From: Patescibacteria group bacterium
Lineage (GTDB): Bacteria > Patescibacteriota > UBA1384 > XYA2-FULL-43-10 > CAINNR01
Direction of reading: 5' to 3'
Assembly (NCBI GenBank): GCA_041651295.1
Contig: JBAZJN010000001.1
Span: forward strand, 83,662 to 147,661
DNA length: 64,000 bases
Part shown: one piece after another, positions 45,588-53,628 of the stretch
Numbering within the stretch: position 1 is the stretch's first letter
Layout: each line of letters opens with the position of its first letter
Position numbers and translations under genes: made by a program
The notes under the pieces: model-generated
Told to the model about the DNA's origin: nothing
Database searches by the model: none
The model's input: the letters and a program-made list of their open reading frames with translations, nothing else

Positions 45588-46118
45588 TTAGGCCGGCAAG
45601 GCCAGACAGCGACGCTTGATCGGTTCACACCAGTGTTCAGTTTGTGGCTGTAGAACCTTGGTCAAATCCGATGGGCGATCGCCTTTTGCGTTCGGAGTGT
45701 TACGAACACCTCCGCGGTGGAGCGGGTTCCACATAGCGGTGTGATACGACAGCCAAACGCAGTCGATCTGTACAACTATGTGAAGGATTGTGTTGCCCTC
45801 ATTGTCACCAATGTCCATTCTGGCTCCGTGATCGAGTAGTTCACGTATCAGGCCAGACTCCATCCACCAGTTCGTCCGAATGTTATTGCCAGTCGGATCA
45901 AAGGCGAGGTGCATCGGAGTTCGTCCCATATTGTCCTGGGCGTTGGCATCAGCCCCAGCTTCCAGCAGGTCATGGGTAATTCTGGTGTGAAAGCCATCAA
46001 CCGAGTGATGAAGCGGCGTCATGCCGTTCTCGTCTCGATCATTAACTTGGTGAATGAACTCGGCAACAGCCTTGCGGCTGCCAGCATGCACAGCTTCAAA
46101 GATGTTTGTTGGTTTCAC
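45588..46118 (-). CDS. ankyrin-repeat protein
   Basis: Repeats NGMTPLHHSV, MGRTPMHLAF, EGNTILHIVV; GGAGGTG SD 6 nt before GTG 46118. Confidence 0.8.
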   Translation of the reverse strand: MKPTNIFEAVHAGSRKAVAEFIHQVNDRDENGMTPLHHSVDGFHTRITHDLLEAGADANAQDNMGRTPMHLAFDPTGNNIRTNWWMESGLIRELLDHGARMDIGDNEGNTILHIVVQIDCVWLSYHTAMWNPLHRGGVRNTPNAKGDRPSDLTKVLQPQTEHWCEPIKRRCLALPA

Positions 46119-46195
46119 GGAAAACACCTCCGCAAGTATACTATCATATTCTTTACTTTCAAACTCGTCTTTTAAGCTTGTTACAAAATACCAAA

Positions 46196-46266
46196 AAGTG
46201 TTACAAAAATGATAGATTTGTAACACATATTGACAAAAGTGTTACAAAAATGATAGATTTGTAACA
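46196..46266 (+). promoter_or_regulatory. tandem 30-bp palindromic operators overlapping the fic promoter
   Basis: AAGTGTTACAAAAATGATAGATTTGTAACA at 46196-46225 and 46237-46266, each holding TGTTACAAA-N9-TTTGTAACA; TTGACA 46230-46235 and ATAGAT 46253-46258. Confidence 0.65.
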
Positions 46267-47330
46267 TGAAGGCATTTCATCCAAACAAATTGCCTCAGAA
46301 ATTCGATTATTCTATTTTTGCCCGAGAATTATCAAGGGCATCTTTTGAAATAGGAAAACTTGATATTCAGAAAAAATTACCTAATCCACAATTACTGATT
46401 GCTCCTTTAACTCTTAAAGAGGCAACGACCAGTTCGAAAATTGAGGGTACAAGAAGTACTGTATCTGATGTAGCAAGACTCGAGGCTGGCATTGAAACAA
46501 AATATGCTGATACAAAAGAGGTGCTAAATTATCGCAGAGCAATGCTTTGGGCAATTAAATCATTTTCTGAAAAACGACCCCTGAGTCTAGCTTTTATGAA
46601 AGAATTGCACGATATCCTGCTCGACAAAACACGGGGTTACACGAAAAAAGGCAAATTTAGAACCGAACAAGTTTTTATTGGTGATCTAGGGGTTGATATT
46701 TCAAAAGCAACCTATATTCCCCCTGAACCAATTTTTATTCAAGACTATATGGAAAATCTAGAAAAATATATTATTAAAACAAGGGATGACAATCTGGTGA
46801 AGGCAGCAATCATTCACTATCAATTCGAGGCCATTCATCCCTTCTCAGATGGTAACGGCAGAATCGGTCGGCTGTTGATACCTTTGTTTCTGTTTCAGAA
46901 AAACACTCTGTTTCAGCCAATTTTATATTTAAGTGGATATTTTGACGAAAATCGCACAGAATATCTTAAAGCCCTCCACAGGGTAGACACCACGCGGAAT
47001 TATGAAGGATGGGTTAAATTTTTTCTCAGGGCTGTCGCAAAACAATCCAAAGAAACGATCAAATTGGTCAATCAAATTGATGCTTTGCTCACCAAGGTTG
47101 ATCAAAAAACAGATACGATTTCATCTTCTTACACAAGGAAATTTACTAATTTTATTTTTACACGGCCAATTTTCACCAGCAAAGATGTCGTCAAGTCGCT
47201 AAAAGTCGACAGAATGACAGCTTCAAGATTAATTAAAAAATATCACTCACTTAAAATTGTAAAATTAGTCAAATCAAATTCACCCAAAAAAAATATATAT
47301 GTCTTTGATGAATTACTTGTTTTACTATAA
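46266..47330 (+). CDS. Fic family protein (class II, N-terminal inhibitory motif)
   Basis: Fic motif HPFSDGNGRIGR; SSKIEG matches the (S/T)xxxE(G/N) inhibitory helix; C-terminal wHTH-like region. Confidence 0.88.
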   Translation: MKAFHPNKLPQKFDYSIFARELSRASFEIGKLDIQKKLPNPQLLIAPLTLKEATTSSKIEGTRSTVSDVARLEAGIETKYADTKEVLNYRRAMLWAIKSFSEKRPLSLAFMKELHDILLDKTRGYTKKGKFRTEQVFIGDLGVDISKATYIPPEPIFIQDYMENLEKYIIKTRDDNLVKAAIIHYQFEAIHPFSDGNGRIGRLLIPLFLFQKNTLFQPILYLSGYFDENRTEYLKALHRVDTTRNYEGWVKFFLRAVAKQSKETIKLVNQIDALLTKVDQKTDTISSSYTRKFTNFIFTRPIFTSKDVVKSLKVDRMTASRLIKKYHSLKIVKLVKSNSPKKNIYVFDELLVLL

Positions 47331-47351
47331 TAATGAAAATAAAAGGAAGTT

Positions 47352-48464
47352 ATGGGATTAAAAATCGGAATTGTCGGACTACCAAATGTCGGCAAATCAA
47401 CATTGTTCAACGCCTTGGTTAAAGGTTCAAAAGCAGAAGCGGCAAATTACCCCTTCTGCACCATTGAGCCCAATGTTGGTATTGTCGAAGTTCCAGATGA
47501 GCGACTGAAACCACTATCCGATGTTTCCAAATCGAAAAAAATCGTTCCGACAGTTGTTGAATTTGTCGATATTGCCGGTTTGGTTCGAGGCGCATCAAAA
47601 GGCGAAGGCCTGGGTAATCAATTCCTTTCACACATCCGTGAATGTGATGCCATTGCTATGGTTGTCCGTTTTTTCAAAGACGAAAATGTAACTCACGTTG
47701 CCGGAAAATTGGATCCGAAAGATGACATCGCTACCATCGAGACCGAATTACAGTTAGCCGATATTGTAACCGTTGAAAAACGCCAATATAACTTGGATCG
47801 CGACATAAAAGGCGGATCAAAAGATGCCAAGACGGAAAAAGAGGCACTTGATAAAATTGCTAAAAAAATCACCGACGGCAAGAACGCCAGAGAAGCTGAT
47901 TTGAACGATGACGAACTAAAACTGGTTAAGTCGCTGGCACTAATGACAATGAAGCCGATTCTCTATATTGCCAACTGCTCAGAGGATCAGTTACTTCGTC
48001 ATTCCCGCGAAGGTGGGAATCTACTATTTGTGGATCCCCGGGTCAAGCCCGAGGACGACAAAGTCGAATATATTCCGATTTCAGCAAAAATTGAAAGCGA
48101 ATTGAACGAACTAAACGAGGTCGAAAAGCAGGAATACCTCGAGTCTCTCGGCATTGCCGATACCGGCATCAATCGGTTGATAAAAGAAGCCTACAAAGCG
48201 CTGAATCTAATCACCTATTTCACCTCAGGCGAGCCGGAAACCAGAGCTTGGACGGTTCGAAACGGGGCCAAGGCCCCGGAAGCTGCCGGGGTAATTCATA
48301 CCGATTTCGAACGGGGATTTATCGCCGCTGAAGTGGTTTCTTGGCAGGATCTATATGCTCAAGGTGGCTGGGCCGGTGCCAGGTCTCATGGGTTGGTAAA
48401 AACCGAAGGTAAAAATTACCTGGTCAAAGATGGTGATGTAATGCTATTTAAGTTTAACGTTTAG
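47352..48464 (+). CDS. ychF: ribosome-binding ATPase YchF
   Basis: GIVGLPNVGKSTLFNAL G1 motif, TGS-like C-terminal domain; contains in-frame repeat R1d. Confidence 0.92.
   Translation: MGLKIGIVGLPNVGKSTLFNALVKGSKAEAANYPFCTIEPNVGIVEVPDERLKPLSDVSKSKKIVPTVVEFVDIAGLVRGASKGEGLGNQFLSHIRECDAIAMVVRFFKDENVTHVAGKLDPKDDIATIETELQLADIVTVEKRQYNLDRDIKGGSKDAKTEKEALDKIAKKITDGKNAREADLNDDELKLVKSLALMTMKPILYIANCSEDQLLRHSREGGNLLFVDPRVKPEDDKVEYIPISAKIESELNELNEVEKQEYLESLGIADTGINRLIKEAYKALNLITYFTSGEPETRAWTVRNGAKAPEAAGVIHTDFERGFIAAEVVSWQDLYAQGGWAGARSHGLVKTEGKNYLVKDGDVMLFKFNV
47998..48059. repeat. R1 repeat, copy d, in frame inside ychF
   Basis: GTCATTCCCGCGAAGGTGGGAATCTACTATTTGTGGATCCCCGGGTCAAGCCCGAGGACGAC is translated as RHSREGGNLLFVDPRVKPEDD. 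Confidence 0.8.
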
Positions 48465-48517
48465 ACCTAATAAAAAAATCCGTCTGTTAATTCTGAGACG
48501 GATTTTTTTGATTATAG

Positions 48518-49261
48518 CTAGATTGTAACGCCACGCATCCAGCGGTTAAGCCATCCAAACAAACTGAAACCTGAGGTCAAATCGTTAAGTTGATCCTGCA
48601 GACTTGTCTGTAAATTCAGTAAAGCACTAATTTGATTCGAGAGCTCTGTTTTGTCACCTTCGTTATTTATTTGACTGGCAATTTGCGCTAGCTCTCTAAT
48701 TTGTTCTCTATTTTGTTCCATCATCCCCTGAATATCTTTTATCGCAGAGTAATTGGCTCCTACAAAGAAATGAGCGAAGGCCGATCTTTGTTGAATTTTA
48801 TCAAGGTCTTGATTAATCTTATCCTGATTTTGTGATTGATTCCTGGCAATCTCTCGAATTTGATCTCCTATACCGGGATCGCTTATTCTATCTGCCGCTC
48901 GGACTAAAGCCTCAGCCACTATGGCAACAATACTCATATGAGATTGGGCTTGTTCGCTACGCGGTGAATATTGCGGCTTCACTTCATTGATTTTTTCCTG
49001 AAGTTCGGTTGAAGTCTGAGTTTGAATTTGGCTGTCCTCTCCCTGGTTTTGAGTCTGAGTCTGAGTCTGGACTTCATTTCCGGCAGTTGAAGAACTCGAT
49101 CCACTACTCGAATTCCCGGATGATGAATTGCCGTTAACGGCTTGGGAATTGTCTGACGCCGCGCTAGCGTTGCCATTGCCATTCCCATTGGCAGCGAAAG
49201 TTATTACGGGAACCATGACTGCCGCCAACATCAATGCAAACGGTGCCTTAATTTTTTTCAT
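48518..49261 (-). CDS. secreted coiled-coil protein, unknown function
   Basis: Signal peptide MKKIKAPFALMLAAVMVPVITFA, then low-complexity GN/SS/QT repeats and a helical C-terminal half. Confidence 0.6.
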   Translation of the reverse strand: MKKIKAPFALMLAAVMVPVITFAANGNGNGNASAASDNSQAVNGNSSSGNSSSGSSSSTAGNEVQTQTQTQNQGEDSQIQTQTSTELQEKINEVKPQYSPRSEQAQSHMSIVAIVAEALVRAADRISDPGIGDQIREIARNQSQNQDKINQDLDKIQQRSAFAHFFVGANYSAIKDIQGMMEQNREQIRELAQIASQINNEGDKTELSNQISALLNLQTSLQDQLNDLTSGFSLFGWLNRWMRGVTI

Positions 49262-49550
49262 TTTCCTCCTTTTCTAAATTTATTTTAATAGCATGCCCTT
49301 CAATTATGGCAATTGATATTTTTTTGTTAGCAGAGTCAAGAATTCGCTGGAAAGTACTCTGTGAAATACCCATTCTTTCTGCTGAAGATGTTTGATCTAG
49401 TCCTTCTATATTCTTGAGTCTTAATGCCTCAACTTCATCATACTCCAATACAACTTGCTTTAATAACCTCATCGGAATCCCCTGAGGTTTAAAATAGGTT
49501 ACGCTTGGGGAAAAATTAGTTTTACGAAATTTTCTTGGTCTCATATGCAT
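49248..49550 (-). CDS. DUF134 (UPF0251) DNA-binding protein
   Basis: RPRKFRK..YFKPQGIP..EYDEVEALRLKNIEGLDQTSSAERMGISQSTFQRIL. Confidence 0.75.
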   Translation of the reverse strand: MHMRPRKFRKTNFSPSVTYFKPQGIPMRLLKQVVLEYDEVEALRLKNIEGLDQTSSAERMGISQSTFQRILDSANKKISIAIIEGHAIKINLEKEENEKN

Positions 49551-49611
49551 ATATATTCTATCACAACAGGAAGAATCCGCACTGCTGGTTCGGATTCTTC
49601 CGTTTATGCAC

Positions 49612-49824
49612 CTATTTCTCTAAGGCTTCAATCTCTTTCTCAACGTTTGCAACATTATCTTGCATTAGCGCTTTGCGATTTTTAAGGACCTGAAGCTTAG
49701 TGTCCTTCGGTAAGTCGGTTGCAACCGTTCGGGAAGCCCAAGCGCACCCCAAACCTTTCCCACAAGGACCCAAACCGCGACCAACACCACCGCTAGCTGG
49801 TCCATTTCCGTTAAAATTTGGCAT
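49612..49824 (-). CDS. DUF5320-like small protein
   Basis: Gly-rich N-terminus MPNFNGNGPASGGVGRGLGPCGKG plus C-terminal coiled coil; usual partner of DUF134; AGGAGGTG SD. Confidence 0.6.
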   Translation of the reverse strand: MPNFNGNGPASGGVGRGLGPCGKGLGCAWASRTVATDLPKDTKLQVLKNRKALMQDNVANVEKEIEALEK

Positions 49825-50211
49825 GATGTTCACCTCCTTTTAAGCATGATTAATGATCATATTACGAATATATACCCATAATAATTACTTGTCAAGTATT
49901 TAATTTTTTTATCTGGCAGTATTGCAATAATGAGTCTTTCATGGTACTCTTTTGCCGAGCCGCAAGTACCTACACAAGGAGCTGTGACCATGACAACCCT
50001 CGAGGTTGTTGGACTTATTTTGTTAAATGCGCCCTGAGCGCACGATCTAATTGCGCAGCAATGCAATCGTATTTAACAGGATGAATTGACATAATTAACC
50101 TCATTTGCTAAAGTAATCATACAAATTACAAACATTCCCCCGCTTGGGGGCTTCGCCCAAACTCAAGGGATTAACGAAGGCCATAATAATATAATTAGAA
50201 AAGGATTTTTT

Positions 50212-50985
50212 ATGCGTGAGTACGAACTTACTTACTTGGTTTCGGATGATGTTCCTGAAATAGAATTAAAAAAAGTTACCGACAAAGTTGCCGGAATGAT
50301 TACAAGTGACGGCGGAAAAGTTACCAAAGAAGAATCTTGGGGCCGACGCAAACTGGCCTATCCTATTGGTAAACAAACTTTTGCTACCTATATTACAGTT
50401 TGGTTTGAAACCGAAGCCGATAAAATTGCCCCACTAGATCACGAGCTTCGTGTTTATCCGCAAGTTATCCGCCATCTGGCCACTCTCAAAGTTCAAAAAA
50501 GCGAAGAGATTAAAGTTACCAAAGAAGATATCGTTGATACCTCCGAAGTTGAAGGTGTAATCGGAGAAAAAAGTTTTGAGGTCGTCGAGGGTGAAACCGA
50601 AGCCTCAAAAGATCTGATGGCAGTTAGAGAGACATCTGAAGACGATACGGAAGACAAAGCCGATCAGGCAGAGGAAATTATCGACGAAACTGTCAAAGAA
50701 GATAAACTAGAAGTTAAAACTGAAGATGTTATAGCTCAGGATAAGCCAAAACGCACCAGAAAAACCAAGATAGTGGCAGAGGAAGAAATCAAGGAACCAG
50801 TATCAGAGCCGAAAATCGACCTGCCCGCAAGTGCTGAAGCACAGCTGATGCAGGCGGGAGCTAAAGTGAAGAAAACTAAAAAACCGGCAGTTGAAAAACA
50901 ACCGGAAGAGCCAAAAGAGGAAGAAGCCGAAAGGATCAAGAAACTTGACGAGAAATTGGACGAACTCCTAAAAGATGACCTGTAA
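50212..50985 (+). CDS. rpsF: 30S ribosomal protein S6 with a long charged C-terminal extension
   Basis: MREYELTYLV..WGRRKLAYPI core of about 95 aa, then about 160 aa of E/K/D-rich tail. Confidence 0.88.
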   Translation: MREYELTYLVSDDVPEIELKKVTDKVAGMITSDGGKVTKEESWGRRKLAYPIGKQTFATYITVWFETEADKIAPLDHELRVYPQVIRHLATLKVQKSEEIKVTKEDIVDTSEVEGVIGEKSFEVVEGETEASKDLMAVRETSEDDTEDKADQAEEIIDETVKEDKLEVKTEDVIAQDKPKRTRKTKIVAEEEIKEPVSEPKIDLPASAEAQLMQAGAKVKKTKKPAVEKQPEEPKEEEAERIKKLDEKLDELLKDDL

Positions 50986-51116
50986 ATTCGTCTAGTGGAA
51001 GTTAGTACACGGATCTGCCACACGGATAGACACTGATAATACAAATGATACAATTGAGGAAATTAGTAAGTTCGTTAAGTTCGTAATTTCGTAGGAGATT
51101 GCGACGAAGGAGCAAC

Positions 51117-51566
51117 ATGTTTTCACTAAATCGAGCAATGGTCATTGGCAACGCAACAAAAGACCCCGAGATGCGGTACACTCCAAACGGACAACCGGTC
51201 ACTTCATTCTCAGTCGCAACCAACAGACGCTGGACGAATAAAGAATCCGGCGAAACTCAGGAACAAGTTGAATTTCATGAAATTGTTGTCTGGGGAAAAA
51301 TGGCAGAAAATGTTAGCCAATTCGTCAAAAAAGGCGCACCGGTTTACGTTGAAGGCCGGTTGCAAACCAGGTCTTGGGAAGGTCAAGATGGCGCAAAGAG
51401 GCAAAAAACCGAAATTGTCGCCGAAAATGTTATCGCCCTCGGACGAAAGGGTGAGAGCACACCGCGAGCCGCCGCAAACGAAAATCCGGTAGAAAAAATT
51501 TCAGCCAAAAATGATTCAACCAAAGAAGATACGGAGGAGATCGACATTAACGAAATTCCATTTTAA
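51117..51566 (+). CDS. ssb: single-stranded DNA-binding protein
   Basis: OB fold LNRAMVIGNATKDPEMRYTPNG..; acidic tail ending DINEIPF; GAAGGAG SD. Confidence 0.9.
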   Translation: MFSLNRAMVIGNATKDPEMRYTPNGQPVTSFSVATNRRWTNKESGETQEQVEFHEIVVWGKMAENVSQFVKKGAPVYVEGRLQTRSWEGQDGAKRQKTEIVAENVIALGRKGESTPRAAANENPVEKISAKNDSTKEDTEEIDINEIPF

Positions 51567-51666
51567 ATATAACTACTAATATACTAATCTCTCGAATATT
51601 CGAATAAGAAATTCCTGACCCATTAATATATTAGCTAAATTCGTAAATTAGTAGTAAAGGATTTAC

Positions 51667-51888
51667 ATGCAAGAAGGATTCCACAATCGAAAGAAGTGCT
51701 ATTTCTGCAAAAATAAAGTTGTAGAAGTTGACTATAAAGACTCATCGACGCTGTCGCGCTATCTTAATCGTTGGTCAAAAATCGACCCAGCCAGTCGAAC
51801 CGGAGTTTGCGCTAAGCACCAACGCCAGCTCTCGACCGCAATCAAAAGAGCAAGACACCTTTCGTTGTTACCTTTTATTACCCGATAA
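51667..51888 (+). CDS. rpsR: 30S ribosomal protein S18
   Basis: CYFC..VDYKD..LSRYL..KI..RTGVCAKHQRQLSTAIKRARHLSLLPF. Confidence 0.9.
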   Translation: MQEGFHNRKKCYFCKNKVVEVDYKDSSTLSRYLNRWSKIDPASRTGVCAKHQRQLSTAIKRARHLSLLPFITR

Positions 51889-52448
51889 TGCTTTCTATCA
51901 CAGATCTAAAAGTTGGGACAAAAGTTATTATTGATGGTGACCCATACACCGTTACTTTTTCGCAACACTCGAAACAGGGACGTGGCGGGGCCGTAATGCG
52001 GACAAAACTGAAAAATCTTATCACCGGCGGAGTTATTGATAAAACTTTTCAGGGTTCTGACAAAATTGATGCAGCCGAATTATCCCATAAGTCGGCACAA
52101 TATCTTTATGCCGACAATGAAAATGCGTTTTTTATGGACAACACCTCCTACGAGCAGTTTGAACTTCCTGCAGCATCAATCACAAACGAATTAAAATACC
52201 TGGCAGAAAACTCTCCGGTCGAAATTCAATATTTCAAAGATAAGCCGATCAGTATTGATCTGCCGATTAAGATGACTTTTGAGGTCACGGATGCGCCTCC
52301 GGGAGTCAGAGGAAACAGTGCAGGCACGGTAACTAAGCTGGTGACAATTAATACCGGAGGGCAAGTTGCAGTTCCCTTGTTTATAAAAGCCGGTGACAAA
52401 ATTGTCATTGATACACGTTCTAATTCTTACATCGAACGGGCAAATTAA
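51888..52448 (+). CDS. efp: elongation factor P (Arg32 type)
   Basis: Three-domain EF-P; loop SKQGRGGAV has Arg (codon 51981-51983) where E. coli EF-P has Lys34. Confidence 0.9.
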   Translation: MLSITDLKVGTKVIIDGDPYTVTFSQHSKQGRGGAVMRTKLKNLITGGVIDKTFQGSDKIDAAELSHKSAQYLYADNENAFFMDNTSYEQFELPAASITNELKYLAENSPVEIQYFKDKPISIDLPIKMTFEVTDAPPGVRGNSAGTVTKLVTINTGGQVAVPLFIKAGDKIVIDTRSNSYIERAN

Positions 52449-52590
52449 ATCAAATTACTCTAATTTCTAATTCATTCTAATTGATCTAAACAATTTTAAA
52501 GCTCTTAATGTCTGACTTAACTAATTAGTCATTGGATATTTTTTAGGTTAATTAGGTCAATTTGAGAGTATTAGATATTTTTTGCTATAA
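52449..52590. repeat. R4 AT-rich intergenic repeat block
   Basis: TCTAATTTCTAATT..TTAGGTTAATTAGGTCAATTTGAGAGTATTAGATATT. Confidence 0.6.
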
Positions 52591-52597
52591 TATGATT

Positions 52598-53110
52598 ATG
52601 CTAATTGAGTTTTCAAAACTCGATAATTTGCCGGTTTTTGAACTCGAAACTCAGACTCGGGTTGGCCAATTCGCTGATTTTTTCATTGATGAAGACGAAT
52701 ATATAGTGGAAGCAGCGATTGTTTCAGCCGGAGGACTAATTAAAAAACAAAAGTTTGTTTCAGCCAAAGAAATATCAGAATTATCAAAAGAAGCTTTGAT
52801 TGTTGACCAGGCTGATAGTCTTGTTGAACCAAAAGAGATGGTCAGATTTCAGAAGAAACTAAAGAAAAGGGCAAAAATAATCGGTGAAAAAGTTTATACA
52901 AAAAAGGGAGAATATCTGGGTAATGTATACGACTACGTCCTGGAAAATACGACTCTGAGCATCGTAAGAATTTATTTAAAAAAAATGTTTGACCAAAGAA
53001 TTATTCATTCTTCGGCAATAGTTAAAATTGAACAACATAAAATTACCGTTAAAGATAACTTTGAGATGGTAAAGCCGGAAGTTTTGCCGGCTCATGCCAA
53101 GTTAGCTTAA
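52598..53110 (+). CDS. PRC-barrel domain protein
   Basis: Two PRC-like segments (LPVFELETQTRVGQ.., KVYTKKGEYLGNVYDY..); TGCTATAAT ends 6 nt before ATG 52598, so possibly leaderless. Confidence 0.6.
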   Translation: MLIEFSKLDNLPVFELETQTRVGQFADFFIDEDEYIVEAAIVSAGGLIKKQKFVSAKEISELSKEALIVDQADSLVEPKEMVRFQKKLKKRAKIIGEKVYTKKGEYLGNVYDYVLENTTLSIVRIYLKKMFDQRIIHSSAIVKIEQHKITVKDNFEMVKPEVLPAHAKLA

Positions 53111-53117
53111 TGTTTTC

Positions 53118-53203
53118 GTCATTGCGAGAAGCGATAGAGACGAAGCCTTCGAAGTGGCCCTGTGGGCAATCTGGATTGCCGCGCCCGACGGGCTCGCAAT
53201 GAC
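53118..53203. repeat. R2 repeat, copy c (left flank of cassette block I)
   Basis: Perfect 11-bp terminal inverted repeats GTCATTGCGAG..CTCGCAATGAC. Confidence 0.75.
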
Positions 53204-53212
53204 AATGCACTC

Positions 53213-53245
53213 AAAAAAAGCGGCGATGACCCATAGGTCTCGCCG
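53213..53245 (-). terminator. intrinsic terminator of cassette I2
   Basis: CGGCGA/TCGCCG stem with T-run on the minus strand. Confidence 0.6.
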
Positions 53246-53269
53246 TACTCTCCCCCTATGACTTGGTCG

Positions 53270-53551
53270 TTACTTGACCAGGCTGTTGTTGTTCACGTCA
53301 GTGACCTCGCTGAACTGGCCGGCCAGCAAACCGAATGAGCTCTCGGACTGGCCCTCCCTCAGAGTTGCGAAGCCGATCAGACCACGAGGTTGACCGTCAT
53401 CCGACTTGCGCCGGAAAATCCGACCATTCTCGACTACGATCTTTCCGTCCTTCACCTTGATGCCTTCCGGTAGCTTCGGAGTCGCGCCAGAAGCCAGCTT
53501 GATGACATACGAACCATGGTGGTAGATGTCATATTCCATCTTCCTGGACAT
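53270..53551 (-). CDS. orphan GC-rich protein, 93 aa (cassette I2)
   Basis: GGGAGG SD 9 nt before ATG 53551; no recognised motif. Confidence 0.55.
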   Translation of the reverse strand: MSRKMEYDIYHHGSYVIKLASGATPKLPEGIKVKDGKIVVENGRIFRRKSDDGQPRGLIGFATLREGQSESSFGLLAGQFSEVTDVNNNSLVK

Positions 53552-53586
53552 GTTTCTCTGCCTCCCTCGATTAGTGCTCCAAAACA

Positions 53587-53615
53587 TATATATCACAAAA
53601 AAACTCGGATAACAA
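53587..53615 (-). promoter_or_regulatory. promoter of cassette I2
   Basis: TTGTTA-17-TATATA on the minus strand, right after the I1 terminator hairpin CGGAGC/GCTCCG. Confidence 0.45.
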
Positions 53616-53628
53616 AAAAACGGAGCGA

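Noticed and set aside
49860-50211. Possible rpsF (S6:S18) leader structure or a 15-aa leader peptide (MTTLEVVGLILLNAP) upstream of rpsF
   Set aside because: Hairpins such as CCCCC-GCTT-GGGGG are present, but I cannot match them to the known leader from memory. The mini-ORF has an AAGGAG SD but no supporting context.
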